A DNA stretch of 64,000 bases from Macrostomum lignano (taxonomy: Eukaryota), in the NCBI GenBank assembly GCA_002269645.1, contig NIVC01001953.1, positions 1 to 64,000 on the forward strand. Reading direction: 5' to 3'. Below are positions 1 through 13,647 of this stretch, in pieces. A model generated the notes under the pieces. That model saw only the letters and a program-made list of their open reading frames with translations. It was not told the DNA's origin and ran no database searches. Each line of letters opens with the position of its first letter. Position 1 is the first letter of the stretch. The translations under genes were made by a program, and so were the position numbers.

Positions 1-4
1 AGGT

Positions 5-360
5 AATGGAAATTCCACTTCAAATGCGTGTGTCACAGTGTAGCCGAGTGATGGAAAATTCCACTTCAAACGCATGTGTCGCAGTGCAACCAGTGATGGA
101 AAATTCCACTTCAAATGCGTGTGTCGCAGTGCAACGAGGATGAAAATTCCAACTTCAAATGCGTGTGTCGCAGTGCAACCGAGTGATGGAAAATTCCACT
201 TCAAAGCGTGTGTCACAGTGCAACCGAGTGATGGAAAATTCCACTTCAAATGCGTGTGTCACAGTGCAACCGAGTGATGGAAAATTCCACTTCAAATGCG
301 TGTGTCACAGTGCAACCGAGTGATGGAAAATTCCACTTCAATGTGTGTGTCACAGTGCAG
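5..360. repeat. 46-bp tandem minisatellite (GTGATGGAAAATTCCACTTCAAATGCGTGTGTCACAGTGCAACCGA), ~7-8 copies
   Basis: Unit recurs at 228 and 274 (period 46) with no unique spacers. Confidence 0.9.
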
Positions 361-959
361 CATGAGACTTTTTTTGCAGATGGATTATTTTTGCAGATAA
401 TTCTCTTGAGCTTCTTTTTAAGATGTCTTTAAAAAAGTTAATAAAATATCTCCTAAACATTTTGCGAAAATAATGATATCGAAAACAATTCCAATAAACT
501 ATTCAGGGCGAGTAATGACCTTCCATAGTGTTCATTTCTGATTATAGAAAATTCCAATAGCCTTGAGGGCGACCTTGGAATCACCCTGCCGTTGTTATTG
601 GCTACATATTGTCGTATTGCTATTGGCTGAAAGTAATCACGTGACCTATGCTTGCGTTGGCTGTTAATAAAACTTGCATGCACTGATTACACCTGCACTG
701 CACACGCACTAACACGGGCTCATCAGCAGGTGAACGGAGAGACTTGACCGCAGCCATACTGGCTATTGATGTCCGAGTTCGCAAGAGTAAGACGCTGAGG
801 TCACCAATTTTATTTATTCGATTGCAACGCCACTAAACTGCCAGCTAACCAAACGGTTTGAGACTGCTTACTCTGTTTCCTAAAATAATGTACTCAGCAA
901 CAGTTTCTTTTGGGGGGCTTGTGTGCATTAAAATTGATCGAGGGGGTGTCGAACTGGAC

Positions 960-1080
960 CCCAAGGCACGGAGAGTGTACATGCCTAACGATTAGAAAGT
1001 CAGCCGCTGTACAGAGCGTGCATACAGAAATGGCGCGCCTGTATGTGATAAGGAGTCAGCGAAATGGCAGAATGGCCGTC
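960..1080 (+). mobile_element. Copy of a short interspersed repeat family (also at ~11700-11785 and 15672-15862)
   Basis: Shares GAGAGTG(T/C)ACATGCCT, GCCGCTGTACA and GAGTCAGCGAAATGG with the 11.7 kb copy, and GCCGCTGTACA plus a GAGTC(A/G)GCG(A/G)AATGG-like block with the reverse-strand copy at 15.7-15.86 kb. Confidence 0.55.
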
Positions 1081-1321
1081 GGTGCTGTTTGTGGGACCAT
1101 GTCGCCGACGGGTGCCCGTGTCCAATAGGTCAAGTAGAGTTTTGCCTAATTCAATGGGTAATTTTTGGCTGTTGCTGAGTACACGAATATGTGGATAAAA
1201 GGTTGACTCAGTGCTTTTCTGGTTTCTGATATTTTTCTACTTTTTATTGCTTTATAATCGTTTTCGTGTTTCTAATGCGATTTGCGCTAATCGTAACATT
1301 GTTGTTTTCTTTTTTTCCAAG

Positions 1322-2359
1322 GCGGTCTCGCCCTCGCCGTCGAGGGCCCGTCCCGAGCCGAAATCAGTTGTCACGACAACAAGGACGGCACCTGCAACGT
1401 TAATTACCTGCCGCTGACGCCAGGCGACTACACGGTGATCGTGAAATTCTTGGACCGGCACGTGCTCGGCTCGCCTTCACCGCGCGGATTGTTGAAGAGC
1501 GAAAGGTCGAGCCGAGCTGCTCATGGTGGGCAGGAGCGGCGAGATCCCGCTGCGGATTGCCGAGACAGATCTGGCTGGTGAGCGACCTGGGTTGTTGATG
1601 ATTGATTGATTGGCTGGTTGATTGATGGATTGATGGATTGGTTGATTGTTGATCGATTAGTTGATTGGCTGATTGATTGTTTGATTGTTTGATTGATCAG
1701 TTGATTGGCTGATTTATTGATTGTTTTATTGATTTATTGATTGATTGATTGTTTGATTGATTGACTGGTTGATTGATTGATTGGTTGGTTGATTGATTTA
1801 TTGATTGATTGTTTTATTGATTTATTGATTGATTGATTGGTTGATTGATTGGTTGGTTGATTGACTGGTTGATTGATTGATTGGTTGGTTGATTGATTTA
1901 TTGATTGATTGTTTTATTGATTTATTGATTGATTTATTGATTTATTGATTGATTGTTTTATTGATTTATTGATTGATTGATTGTTTGATTGATTGACTGG
2001 TTGATTGATTGATTGGTTGGCTGATTGGTTGGTTGATTGACTGGTTGATTGATTGATTGGTTGGTTGATTGGTTGGTTGATTGGTTGGTTGATTGACTGG
2101 TTGATTGATTGATTGGTTGGTTGATTGGTTGGTTGATTGGTTGGTTGATTGACTGGTTGATTGATTGATTGGTTGGTTGATTGATTTATTGATTGATTGT
2201 TTTATTGATTTATTGATTGATTGATTGGTTGATTGATTGACTGGTTGATTGATTGATTGGTTGGTTGATTGGTTGGTTGATTGACTGGTTGATTGATTGA
2301 TTGGTTGGTTGATTGGTTGGTTGATTGGTTGGTTGATTGATTTATTGATTGATTGTTTT

Positions 2360-2395
<36 letters not shown>

Positions 2396-4634
2396 ACTGG
2401 TTGATTGATTGATATGGTTGGCTGATTGGTTGGTTGATTGGTTAGTTGATTGGTTGGTTGATTGGTTAGTTGATTGGTTGGTTGATTGGTTGGTTGATTG
2501 GTTGGTTGATTGGTTGGTTGATTGATTGGTTGATTGATTTATTGATTGATTGGTTGATTGATTGATTGGTTGATTGATTGGTTGGCTGGTTGATTGATTG
2601 ATTGGCTAAAATTGATCGATAAATACGTTCAATTACCTGAGTAATTTGAGTTTGTGGTGCTCAAATACTGAGAATCCCACGATCTTCCATGCCCAACTCA
2701 TCGCCCGCCCCTACGGCAGGTCTCACGGCCACGGTCACGGACCCCGGCGGCTCCGAGGAGGCCTGCCAGCTGCGCCGTCTCGCCAATGGCCGTCTCGGCG
2801 TGGCCTTCTCCCCCCGGATCGCCGGGCCGCACCGCGTGTCCGTCATCGGTCGCTCCGGCCGGCCAGTCGCCGCCTCGCCGTTCGTCATCGCCGTCGCCGA
2901 GACCGACTTGGCCAACGCGGCCCGGGTTCGAGCCTACGGCGACTGTCTGGACGGCCTCGCCGCGGCGGCGTCGGTCGGTCGGCCCTGCGAGTTTCGCGTC
3001 GACACGAGCGGCGCCGGCTACGGCGGACTGTCAGTCAGTGTCGAAGGCCCCGGCCGGGCCGAAGTTGACTGCGCCGACTGCGGCGACGGCGTCTGCCTGG
3101 TGTCGTTCACGCCATCGGCCCCCGGCAGCTACTCGGTGTCGGTTCAGTTCGCCGAGCGCCACGTCCCGGGCAGCCCCTGGACGGTGACGGTGGCCGGCTC
3201 GGTCAAGGACGTCGGCAGCAACGGGCTGTCTGGACCCGAGCTTGAAGCCGAAGGCCCAGGCCTGCGTCGGGGCGGTGTTGGCATCGGCAACGAGTTCCGC
3301 GTGCAGGCACGCGGCGCAGGAGCTCTCGGAGTGGCAGTCGAGGGCCCAGCAAGGCACAGATCGAGTTCAACGATCACCGCGGCGACGGCTGGTGCGCCAT
3401 CGCGTGGACGGTGCCTCTGCCCGGGCTTTACGCGGTGTCCGTCACTCTGGATGGTCGGCACGCGCCAGGGTCGCCGTTTCAGGTTTGATTTTACGGTTAA
3501 AATCCATGCACCCCCACAAGTCTGTCTGGCTTACCGAACATTCCGAGGGGCAGAAAACCACTGTACATTCTCTCAACATGGCGATAAAAGGTGATAGTGG
3601 GGCCGATAACAGTCTAATTGGAAAATTTTCATATGCGGTTGTCAGGTACCCGTAGGCGACTGGGAGGCCAATGGCGGCGGCTCCCGCCGTGCCGAACTGG
3701 TTGCGAACTCCGTCGTCGCCGCCGCGGCCGCCAAGGTTCGCGTTCGCGGTGAAGGCCTTCATCGGGCTCGGGTTGGTCAGCGCGCCTCCTTCCTGGTGGC
3801 CACGGCGGACGCGCCAAGCGGAGCTCTGGCTGTCACCATCGATGGGCCGAGCAAGGTGCAGTTGAACTGTCGCGAAATGGTCGACGGCTACGAGTTTTTC
3901 TACACACCGACGACGCCCGGCCACTACCTGGTTGGGATTCGGTACGGCGACGAGTGCCACATTCAGGGTGAGTTGGAAAAATATGATATGCAGTTTGATA
4001 TGCATGCAGCCAACCGCAGAGCCGCTGCAGTTGCGCCCGGGGGGTAGCGGAACCAAGAAGGGCCCGGTGCTGGCGCCTCCGGTGCTGGCGCCTCCGGTGC
4101 TGGCGCCTCCGGTGCTGGCGCCTCCGGTGCTGGCGCCTCCGGTGCTGGCGCCCCCTCATTTACCGCCAGCATTGCAAGTTAGTTAAGCAAAAAGCCACCC
4201 GCCGAACCCGCAGGCTCTCCATTCGCCGTCCACGTCACCGGCGGCACCCCCGCCTCGGCGCAATTCGTCGACGACGGTTTGAACGCGACGGCGAACTGCA
4301 GCGACCACATCGCCGCCGAGCCCTGCCGCCCCGAGCGAGCTGTCTGTTCGGGCGAGGCCTTACACCGAACCGTTGTCAACCAGGAGGCCGCCTTCACCGT
4401 CGATGTTGCTAGGCTGGGCCAGGCCTCCTCCTAGTCGGCATGGCCGGCCCCTCGGACAGTTCGGACAGTGTCCGAGTGAGGCACAAGTCGGCTGGTCTGT
4501 ACGCGGTTCACTACACGGCTACGTCGACCGGACCACATGAGCTGACGGTGAAGTGGGGAGACGGACACGTGCCCGGGTCGCCCTTCAGAATTAATGTCGT
4601 TGGCGGGAGCCAGTCGCCCGGCTACCGGTTTTGA
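1322..4634 (+). CDS. FLN: Filamin, C-terminal Ig-like repeats; exons 1322-1577, 2720-3482, 3646-3967, 4214-4634; four -1 frameshifts as sequenced
   Basis: Filamin repeat motifs [68 protein letters not shown] and [21 protein letters not shown] junctions are phase-compatible (ETDLA|GLTATVTDP; IQG|SPF). Frameshifts near 1475, 1505, 3349 and 4422. 5' exons lie outside the window. Confidence 0.93.
1595..2610. repeat. (GATT)n/(GGTT)n compound microsatellite in a filamin intron
   Basis: About 1 kb of GATT/GGTT/TTATT units. Confidence 0.95.
4067..4152. repeat. 15-bp intronic tandem repeat GGTGCTGGCGCCTCC, ~5.5 copies
   Basis: Perfect units lying between filamin donor 3968 and acceptor 4213. Confidence 0.9.
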
Positions 4635-7085
4635 ATGACTAACTCGCTTTTTGTGGGCTACAATGGCCTTTCCTATTCTCAAAAGTTGCTGATGGAAAGT
4701 CGTAAGTAATGCCTATTTTTTGAAAAAACGTTCTAGTCAGGCCCACTGTACACCCTGTAAGAGCATATTTATATTGTATAGTGCTATGCTTGGGGTCTAC
4801 CAGCTGTGTCTGACTTTTTGATAGAAAGCATCGAAACTTCACTCTTCAGAGAAATCGAGGTTTTTATTGCAAAGTAACATAAGGCTCGATTTGTTGACTG
4901 GCACGGCCAGTGACTCGAAGGCAATAAAGTAATTAAGACAATACGGAAACACCTAGACGGCTATCCACAGACGTGTTTTGCAACTATTCAAATTTACTTA
5001 ACTTCATATCTCTATGCCAGACAAAATCTAGTAAGAATTGGACGAGTTATTTAAGTATGAAACATATTTTAACTGTTAAAAAAGGTTAAGGATTGATTTT
5101 TCTGGTCCTATATTGATCGAAATACGAGCGTAATTTGTAAAATAAAATATGTATATTGTTTGAAACAGGCCTATAATTGTGATTTTTAAACTAATTTGTA
5201 CTGATTTCCTTTTGGCTCATGTTTAACGAGGTAGGTATGTTATATTTATTGGTTAATCAAATCAAAATAATTTGCCAATAAATAAAATTAGATATTGTTT
5301 TAAGAAGTTATTAATACATGTGAAATAAGTTTCTGTTGTCGTGTACCAAATGATCATCCAAATCCGCAAATACTGCTGGCCTACAAGACTTGCATATAAA
5401 GTTCTAGCTTTTAATGAGATTTTTAATTAGATTTTTCTAGCCACACGCTTCTAATTTTCTTTTCAAATCCCTACTACGTTACTCACAGTAGTCAAATAAA
5501 AGTTACTCGCTGGCAATGGTGTACAGTCCATAAAATTTTTATAAACATGTACTTTCGGTTAAGCTAACTGGATGCTTGTATAGTAATTACCAATTTTACG
5601 CATGGCTCGGAAATTTTTTTATTTTAATTTTAATTTTAATTTTAAATAATTTGCTCTCTGCGGGTGAAATTTCAGTTTGTATTCGATTCGACTATATTGA
5701 TTCGTTATGACTATATGATTTTTCTTGTTTCATTTTGCTATATGATCAGTAATTATAATGTCTGCGTAGCAAAAATTATTTCGGTTGAGGGAGCTTAACA
5801 GTTCCACTCTTTCAGGTTTGGGGTTTGTTGTGCAGCGACTTCTTTTGTATTTTTGTTATAAGTTGGCATATTCAAATTTGGTTCGTGTTTTGGCGCTTGG
5901 TGTCTCGCCTTGTAGACTCGTTACAATTGAAATTAGTTGCACATTCAAAGTAAATTTATTTCAACCGCTAAATCTGGAAGCTATTAAAGTTTTTTTAAGG
6001 CTAGAAACTAATGCAGGTCCTCGCGATTTGTTACAGACGTACATTTTCTTTTATTTTCCGGATTTATTTATGCAGCAGTACGTTAGTTCGTTTTGTATTT
6101 TTTAAAAACGATGGATTTGTCCGGATGCTAAAGCAACCACACATTTATATAACAAAAACATATGTATAACCTGCTTTCCTGTTTAGCCTGCGTGTTTGTT
6201 CGCTTAAATTTTACCTTTCCAAATCGCTGGTCGCTTAGATAAAATTTTAATTTTACATTTATTGCTTATAAATACGAAAAAGCGCTTGAAGCACTATTGA
6301 GCAGCAGATTCTGTTTTAACACTTTTTTGCGGATTAAATTACGGCGAGTGTCTCTCTCTCTGTTCGGCTACGGCCAAGAATATTTTTATTACGATTAACA
6401 CTTAATGCCGCGGCTTCCTCAGTATTAAATATTACGGATTAACTAGTACATATATGTGGTTTTATTTATCGCAATTCCTCGCGTATTATATAATAACATG
6501 TGTAATAAAAAACAATAAATGCCGCCTTACTTTATGCCTTTCTTTGCAACAAAACTACATTGATGATATTTGTTGTATTTTACATTTATTTACTATTTTG
6601 ATGTTGAAATATCAAGCAGCAATTGAATATTTCGCGCACATAAGATTAACGTCGTTACACACTATTCTATTACACACTGTTACATATAAATTTAATTATC
6701 GGCAAGTATATAAAAAAACTCAGTTTACACTGGTAAAGTTGACTAGTAGGTCATAGCGTCGCGGAAAAGTCAGACTGTAAAAATACGCTCGTAGCTTCCC
6801 GCCTGAGTGGTCCTTATGACAGGAGCAAGTATATAAACTTGGAGAAAAATATATAAACTAGTAATAACCTCTATAGAACCTTAATTTTGATTAATAAATT
6901 TAACTTTTAGTTGTCCTTGACTGTGTTCCAGCTTCGTGGATTTAAAAAGCCTCGCCATTTTTTTCAATTTTGCGTCCTTAAACTACGGAAGTCCTTGGGT
7001 CATTGTCTTTCCAATACGCAGGTTTCCTATCAAAATTCACACAAATTTGAAGTGTATTCAATTTACAAGTCTTTTTAGTCTGGCC

Positions 7086-8060
7086 CTACTTATAGTAGCA
7101 TCGATGACTGGCGTTGCCACGCCGAGAAGCCGACTTTGGGCGCATGTCCGTCAGCTCAAAGCTTTGATGCTGCCGCCGTTCTCTTGGGCTGCTTTTGACC
7201 AGCAGGCCGCCGCATCGGGTTGATTCAACAGACTTTAATGCATCGATTTGCGTTGCCGCACTGCCTGCCACTGGCTGCTGAGAGGGGAAGAAGGCCGACA
7301 GGTCCAGCGTCTGCACATCGACATCCGGGTCCGCGGGGGGCAACGGAGTCGCCGCTGCCGCCGGAACCAGCAGCCGGTCGATGTCCTCCTCGCGCACCGC
7401 GTAAAAGTCGCCGGCGCTCACGATGTCAACGTCGGATCCGTAGCCACTGGAGGCCGAGCGCTCGCCCAAGGCCGGCATTGAGCCGCCTGCGGAGAAGGTC
7501 GAGTACGGCTGCTGCACGGCTGTCCACCGGTTCTCCACCGCCGATGGAGCTGCCGGCGCCTCTTGACACCCGTGCGGATCCAGCGGGCAGCGGAAACGGA
7601 CGGTCCGCTGGCTGCCGCAGGCTGAGGCGGCCGATGGCGCCTTCGCCGACCTGGGCGGCGGCGGCGTCGATGAGGGCAGGCATTCCCAGCGGGTGTACGC
7701 GTAGCCGGGGAAGCCGCCCGTTGCTATGCGGTTGCCAGGGCCGCTTCGGCGTCGGCTGCTTTGCGACGGTGGCGGCGGAGGCGGCGGCGGAGGCTGCTGC
7801 GGCGTCTGCCTGGACGGTCCGAACACCAGGCGAGCGATTCGATCTCGAAGACCCGAATCTGCAGCCACCGTTGCCATGGGGATCTCCGTGTAGCCGGAGT
7901 CATCTCCATCGCCAAAATTGTCGACATTTTCGCCAAAGCCACAGTCGTATGCCGACCCGACGCTGCCGACGTCTCCGACGTTGCTGTAAAAGTCGAAATC
8001 GGAGGCGCCCTGGCGCAGGACTGCTGCAGACTGCGGCCACTGCCTTCCGGCGTTCGACAT
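7086..8060 (-). CDS. Uncharacterised low-complexity Ser/Pro/Ala-rich protein or large terminal exon (324 aa)
   Basis: GC-rich island like the host exons, with a 324-codon open frame ending where GC content drops. No recognisable domain. Confidence 0.45.
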   Translation of the reverse strand: MSNAGRQWPQSAAVLRQGASDFDFYSNVGDVGSVGSAYDCGFGENVDNFGDGDDSGYTEIPMATVAADSGLRDRIARLVFGPSRQTPQQPPPPPPPPPSQSSRRRSGPGNRIATGGFPGYAYTRWECLPSSTPPPPRSAKAPSAASACGSQRTVRFRCPLDPHGCQEAPAAPSAVENRWTAVQQPYSTFSAGGSMPALGERSASSGYGSDVDIVSAGDFYAVREEDIDRLLVPAAAATPLPPADPDVDVQTLDLSAFFPSQQPVAGSAATQIDALKSVESTRCGGLLVKSSPRERRQHQSFELTDMRPKSASRRGNASHRCYYK

Positions 8061-8061
8061 G

Positions 8062-8513
8062 TCGCTTGACTGTGTCGCTTGACTGTGTCGCTTGACTGTG
8101 TCGCTTGAATGTGTCGCTTGACTGTGTCGCTTGACTGTGTCGCTTGACTGTGTCGCTTGACTGTGTCGCTTGACTGTGTCGCTTGACTGTGTCGCTCGAC
8201 TGTGTCGCTTGACTGTGTCGCTTGACTGTGTCGCTTGACTGTGTCGCTTGAATGTGTCGCTTGACTGTGTCGCTTGACTGTGTCGCTTGACTGTGTCGCT
8301 TGACTGTGTCGCTTGACTGTGTCGCTTGACTGTGTCGCTTGACTGTGTCGCTTGACTGTGTCGCTTGACTGTGTCGCTTGACTGTGTCGCTTGACTGTGT
8401 CGCTTGACTGTGTCGCTCGACTGTGTCGCTTGACTGTGTCGCTTGACTGTGTCGCTTGACTGTGTCGCTTGACTGTGTCGCTTGACTGTGTCGCTTGACT
8501 GTGTCGCTTGACT
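8062..8513. repeat. 13-bp tandem repeat GACTGTGTCGCTT, ~35 copies
   Basis: Near-perfect array abutting the ATG of the 7086-8060 ORF. Confidence 0.95.
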
Positions 8514-9324
8514 GTTAGTTGTGTCGAATCTGCAGTCAGAATGGGTTGGGAATACAGTTATTGGTCAACTCCCGGATAGGGCATCGCATCAGTTTTTAAG
8601 CATGGTTGGAAAATGAAAAAATGCATGCAGCTCTTCAGACTCGGGGCTATCTCTCAATCCAAGCTGGGGTGCTCAGACTCGGGTCGTCTCCCCGGGGATT
8701 TCGAACCGGCACACTGCTCCCGCGCGGTCGAATCCGAAATGAGCAGATTCGGAATGCTGGCCAGCCTCCCTAGCGGGTTGCTCCATTCTCTACTCTGGAA
8801 TTTCCGCGGGACTTGCCGGGTTGCCGAGGGGGTGGTTGGCGTTCCTTTACAGCCCAGGAGAGATTGAGAGCTGCAGATGGGGAGGACGACTTGTTAATCT
8901 GTAGCCAGCGATCTTGACTGCACAGCGCAACTGCAGGGATTAAGACTGACTGTCTGGTCAATCTGCCAGTCGGTGGGCTGCCACCGCCCCAACACCCCCC
9001 CCCGTCAATCAACTCCTTCTTCGCCTTGTGGCACAGCTCGGAAATATCAGATGAACAAAGCAGATATATGCGAGCGGGAGATACAGTTGGGTATCGACTG
9101 GGGGCATAAATGTTTAATAATCCCCACATAGTAGATGGCAGTCGCTGATGACTTCCGCCAGTTCCATGCCTGGCTGAATCAATGCGGAAACTCCCGGCTC
9201 CTCTGCAGCGGTTCCAGGAGCCAGCTTTGACTTTTCTGCTTTCAGTTTGCTGTGTCTCTGGGCGCTGGGCTCTGTTTTATCTCCTGCAAGCTGCCCTGGT
9301 CTCGGCTCTTTCTTGGTTCACCCT

Positions 9325-10010
9325 CATCCCCTCTCGCTCACCCCTCTCTCCCTCACCCCTCTCTCCCTCATCCCCTCTCCCTCATCCCCTCTCCCTCATC
9401 CTCTCTCTCGCTCACCCCCCTCTCCCTCACCCCTTTCTCCCTCACCCCCCTCTCCCTCACCCCCTCTCCCTCATCCCCTCTCCCTCATCCCCTCTCCCTC
9501 ATCCCCTCTCCCTCATCCCCTCTCCCTCATCCCCTCTCCCTCATCCTCTCGCTCACCCCCTCTCCCTCACCCCCTCTCCCTCATCCCCTCTCACTCATCC
9601 CCTCTCCCTCATCCCCTCTCTCTCATCCCCTCTCTCTCTCATCCCCTCTCCCTCACCCCTCTCTCCCTCACCCCTCTCTCCCTCACCCCCTCTCCGTCAT
9701 CCTCTCTCTCGCTCACCCCCCTCTCCCTCATCCCCTCTCTCTCTCATCCCCTCTCTCTCATCCCCTCTCTCTCTCATCCCCTCTCTCTCATCCCCTCTCC
9801 CTCACCCCTCTCTCCCTCACCCCTCTCTCCCTCACCCCCTCTCCCTCATCCTCTCTCTCATCCCCTCTCCCTCATCCTCTCTCCCTCATCCCCTCTCCCT
9901 CATCCTCTCTCCCTCATCCTCTCTTCCTCATCCTCTCTCCCTCATACCCTCTCCCTCATCCCCTCTCCATCAACCCTGCTCTCTCTCATCACGTCTCTTC
10001 CTCATCACTA
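9325..10010. repeat. Pyrimidine-rich degenerate minisatellite (CTCATCCCCTCTCC-like)
   Basis: Almost purely C/T on the + strand; source of the spurious PHPLSL ORFs. Confidence 0.9.
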
Positions 10011-11699
10011 TCTTCACCAATTCTCTCTGTTATCCTCCTGGCTCTTTCCTTTATCCCCTCCCCTCTCACTTTTGCTCCTCTTCATAACCATAATTTTCTT
10101 CGAATATCTCACTATCCATCCTGTCAAATCATACTGCCTCTTTAACTCGTTTTTTTCAGTCACTCCTGGTTTGTCTCTGCTTTTGCCCATCAATTCCCTC
10201 GCACTCCATCACCCGTATTCTCCCACACCCATCCCAAATCGATCCGCAAGATTTGTTATATTCGCGTCTCAATTCAACGAAAACCAATCACACCGCCCTA
10301 GCCTAGTTCCCTCTCCGTCGAGCCAAGAGACTCATTAATTATTAAAACCGAAGCAGCAGATAAAAACTGCTTCAAGTTTTCTGTCTTATTTGATTGAACA
10401 GTCTTGCCCGCCTCTCAGTCTTGCAGCAAAACAGCAGAGAGAAGGCGGAGAAGGCAGTTAGAGCCCCCCAAAGGTTATTGACCTCAAACTAAGCGAGAAT
10501 TAGCGATGATGGAGGGCTGAAGCTGGGCAGCAAGAAAAAATTTGAATATATTATTACGTAATCCGCGGCATTCCGCCGAGAAGTGGCCGGTCAAGACTCT
10601 GTGCTGGATATTTGTCTACCAGAAACTAATCTATGCGGGGATTCTGGGTCCAGATTTGGTCGTAAAACTTGAGCATATGGGAGGTCTACAGTGATATTGG
10701 GTACGTTGGAGGATAAATCACATTTTGAACTCGAACTCAGGGACGGCTTCAGTAGAAGTGGACGAGAAAGCTGATTTCTTAGAAAATATTTTTCTAGAAA
10801 ATATCTTGCAATAAAATAAATAAACCACAAAAACTATAATTTAGCAATAAAACAGCTCGAACTCAGGACCTCTAGGCGAATCCCTTGTGCAAGCTCTCTT
10901 GCCTCCGTTGTAAATGAATAAACTCACCTTTAATAGCGAATGCCAAAAATATTTTCACAGAAATGAAATTCGTCCAATTCGTTGATGTCTTTTAAATGGC
11001 CGGGCTCCGAGCATTCCAATACTGCCTACAGCCAATTTTATACAGCCCAGGGCCTCCCCGCCTGAGACTGAAATTCTCAACAAAAGCACACAAAAGAAAC
11101 CCCCCAGCCCGCAATTGAAGGAGCATTATCTTTTTCCTGCCAGCCAGCAGCAGGTAGAAGCAGCAAAGTGCCTCTTCAAGTTCTTTTATTCTCTTTGAAA
11201 GAGCGCGCGCGCGCGCCAACTCTCGGGGCGCGGTTTGGATGGCCCCGCGAGAAACGCGTAGAGAGTCGAGAGACAATTGACCATCTCATTGCAGAGCATT
11301 CTGTCGGCTGGGTCTGAATACAGAATTATAAATAGCCAGGTGGGGCCGTGCGGTGAGAAAAGCAATTATGACTGAGCGGGGCTGCTGCCGCAGGTCGCAG
11401 GTGACAGCAAAGACAGCAGAGCAGACTGGCGCCTCAGAGCGACAGTAGAAAACAGATGTCTGTGGGGCAGCGATTAGCTGCATCACTCTGCCCAGCTTCA
11501 TTCTCCATACCTCCTCTCTTTTCAATGCTCCCCCGGGTTCCATTCCCGATGGAGATTCGGTCCCCCCAGGTGAGGAGATCTCTTGCGCCACAGATCCTGG
11601 TTAGATTCGCGGCCACACCAATTTAGGGCTTGTTAACGGAAGTTGGTCAAGGGGTTGTCGTGCGACTCACAGCCATGATGGCCAGCCCCCAAAGCACAG

Positions 11700-11785
11700 A
11701 GAGTGCACATGCCTGAGGATTAGACAGTCAGGGCCGCTGTACACCCTGTGTGAGCGTGTGCATGAGTCAGCGAAATGGGCACAAT
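11700..11785 (+). mobile_element. Second copy of the short interspersed repeat family
   Basis: GAGAGTGCACATGCCTGAGGATTAGACAGTCAGGGCCGCTGTACACCCTGTGTGAGCGTGTG matches 960-1080 and the reverse complement of 15810-15850. Confidence 0.55.
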
Positions 11786-11934
11786 TGCAAGAGCGAAAGT
11801 TTGTGAAAGTGAAAGTTTTGAAGAACAAAAATTGAATTAAAATTTATATTAAAATTTTACCGCAAATGATAGTTTGAAAATTTGTTACGAGTACAGTCGT
11901 TGTTTTACGTAAAAAATTAATTCTATCAAGTCTT

Positions 11935-11963
11935 CACTCTCTCCCACCCTCTCTCTCTCTCCC

Positions 11964-12007
<44 letters not shown>

Positions 12008-12200
12008 TCTCTCTCTCTCTCTGTCTCTATCTCTCTCTCTCTCTCTCTTTCTCTCCCATCTCAGTCTCAGTCTCTCCGATCTCAGTCTCAGTCTCACCAA
12101 TCTCAGTCTCAATCTCACCATCTCAGTCTCACTCTCTCACCATCTCAGTCTCACTCTCTCACCATCTCAGTCTCACTCTCTCGCCATCTCAGTCTCATTC
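11935..12200. repeat. (CT)n microsatellite plus CATCTCAGTCTC-type repeats
   Basis: Direct inspection. Confidence 0.85.
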
Positions 12201-12846
12201 TCCCCCGTGTCGCCCCACTGTAGCCATCTGCTTCCCTCTTCGCCGTCTGTTTGTTTATCCGCCCTGCAGGCGCCTTCCCTGTCAGAAGTTCCAAACTGAA
12301 GTTTTCGCTCAGAGATTTTTACAATTTTCCAAAAATCTCGCGTTGCAGTGATTGATGATGAGGCATAAACTGAAGCTGGGCGCAAACATTCAGGACGCCA
12401 GCACTATACAAGTCAGAGAAGAAAGATAGCGCGAGCCAAACGAAGTGCGAAGTTTCCAACACCCAGTTGTGTTGGCCTTTTTAAAACTAAACAATGATGG
12501 GCCGCAGGACATCTTGAGCCGCCCCAACCCGAATTCGGAATCAGGCTTCTGCCCCCCCCCCCATCAAACTGTTGCAGGATTTTTCCCAGATCACTCTGCA
12601 AATTTCTGTCTTCTAGAGGAGGCCTCTAGTGTTGTCTCGAAGCTCCCGGCTTTTTCCAGCAACCGGTGTGCAGCAACTTTCTCGCTTCGCTAACTTTGTT
12701 AATTGTTCTCAAGGATGAATTGAGTGAGTGGGGGGTAGATGCAGAGCCTGCCGGCCTATCGCTCTAGTAAAGCTGGACTCCGGCTGTCTGGATACTTAAT
12801 TGGCTTCTCATTTGTCTGAATTGCAGCCGCATTCTGTGTGCATACA

Positions 12847-13168
<322 letters not shown>

Positions 13169-13647
13169 CCCAACCTGCTACGCAGTCATTAACAATTTGC
13201 CAGAGCAGAGCTCAGAGCAATACTCAGCCACCCCCTTCAAAGCGCAGCGGCCCCAGCTGCAATCTGACCCAGCACAACCCGTTATTTACTGTCTGTCCCC
13301 CTCAGCCCTCTAAATTATCTTCTGCCTGACTCGCCGCGAGCTCCTCCCCCCTCTATCCCCAGGCTCTCATGTACAACTCGTGTTACGTAATCACAAGCTA
13401 GCTAACTGATAGCCAGTCTGTCTGTTTCTGTTTACCCCGTTTCTTTGTAAACTGAACTTCTCGTCGGAAAAGCCTTATGAGAAATTAGATAGATGCGCCG
13501 TTTACGGTTGCAATGATGGGAACACTCTTTGATCTTTGACTGTGTCCGGTGAAGTTATATACCTGTGCTAATCTGACTAACCGACCAATGTAACTTTTCA
13601 CATAGCAATATACATGAATGAAAAACAGCCCGTTAAATATGTCTGCT

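Noticed and set aside
5-360. CRISPR-like look of the 46-bp array (also the 30-, 45- and 50-bp arrays)
   Set aside because: The units are head-to-tail with no unique spacers, there are no cas genes, and the context is eukaryotic.
8613-8900. GC-rich patch as an upstream exon of the 7086-8060 ORF
   Set aside because: The open frames are short, and I could not establish compatible splice junctions.
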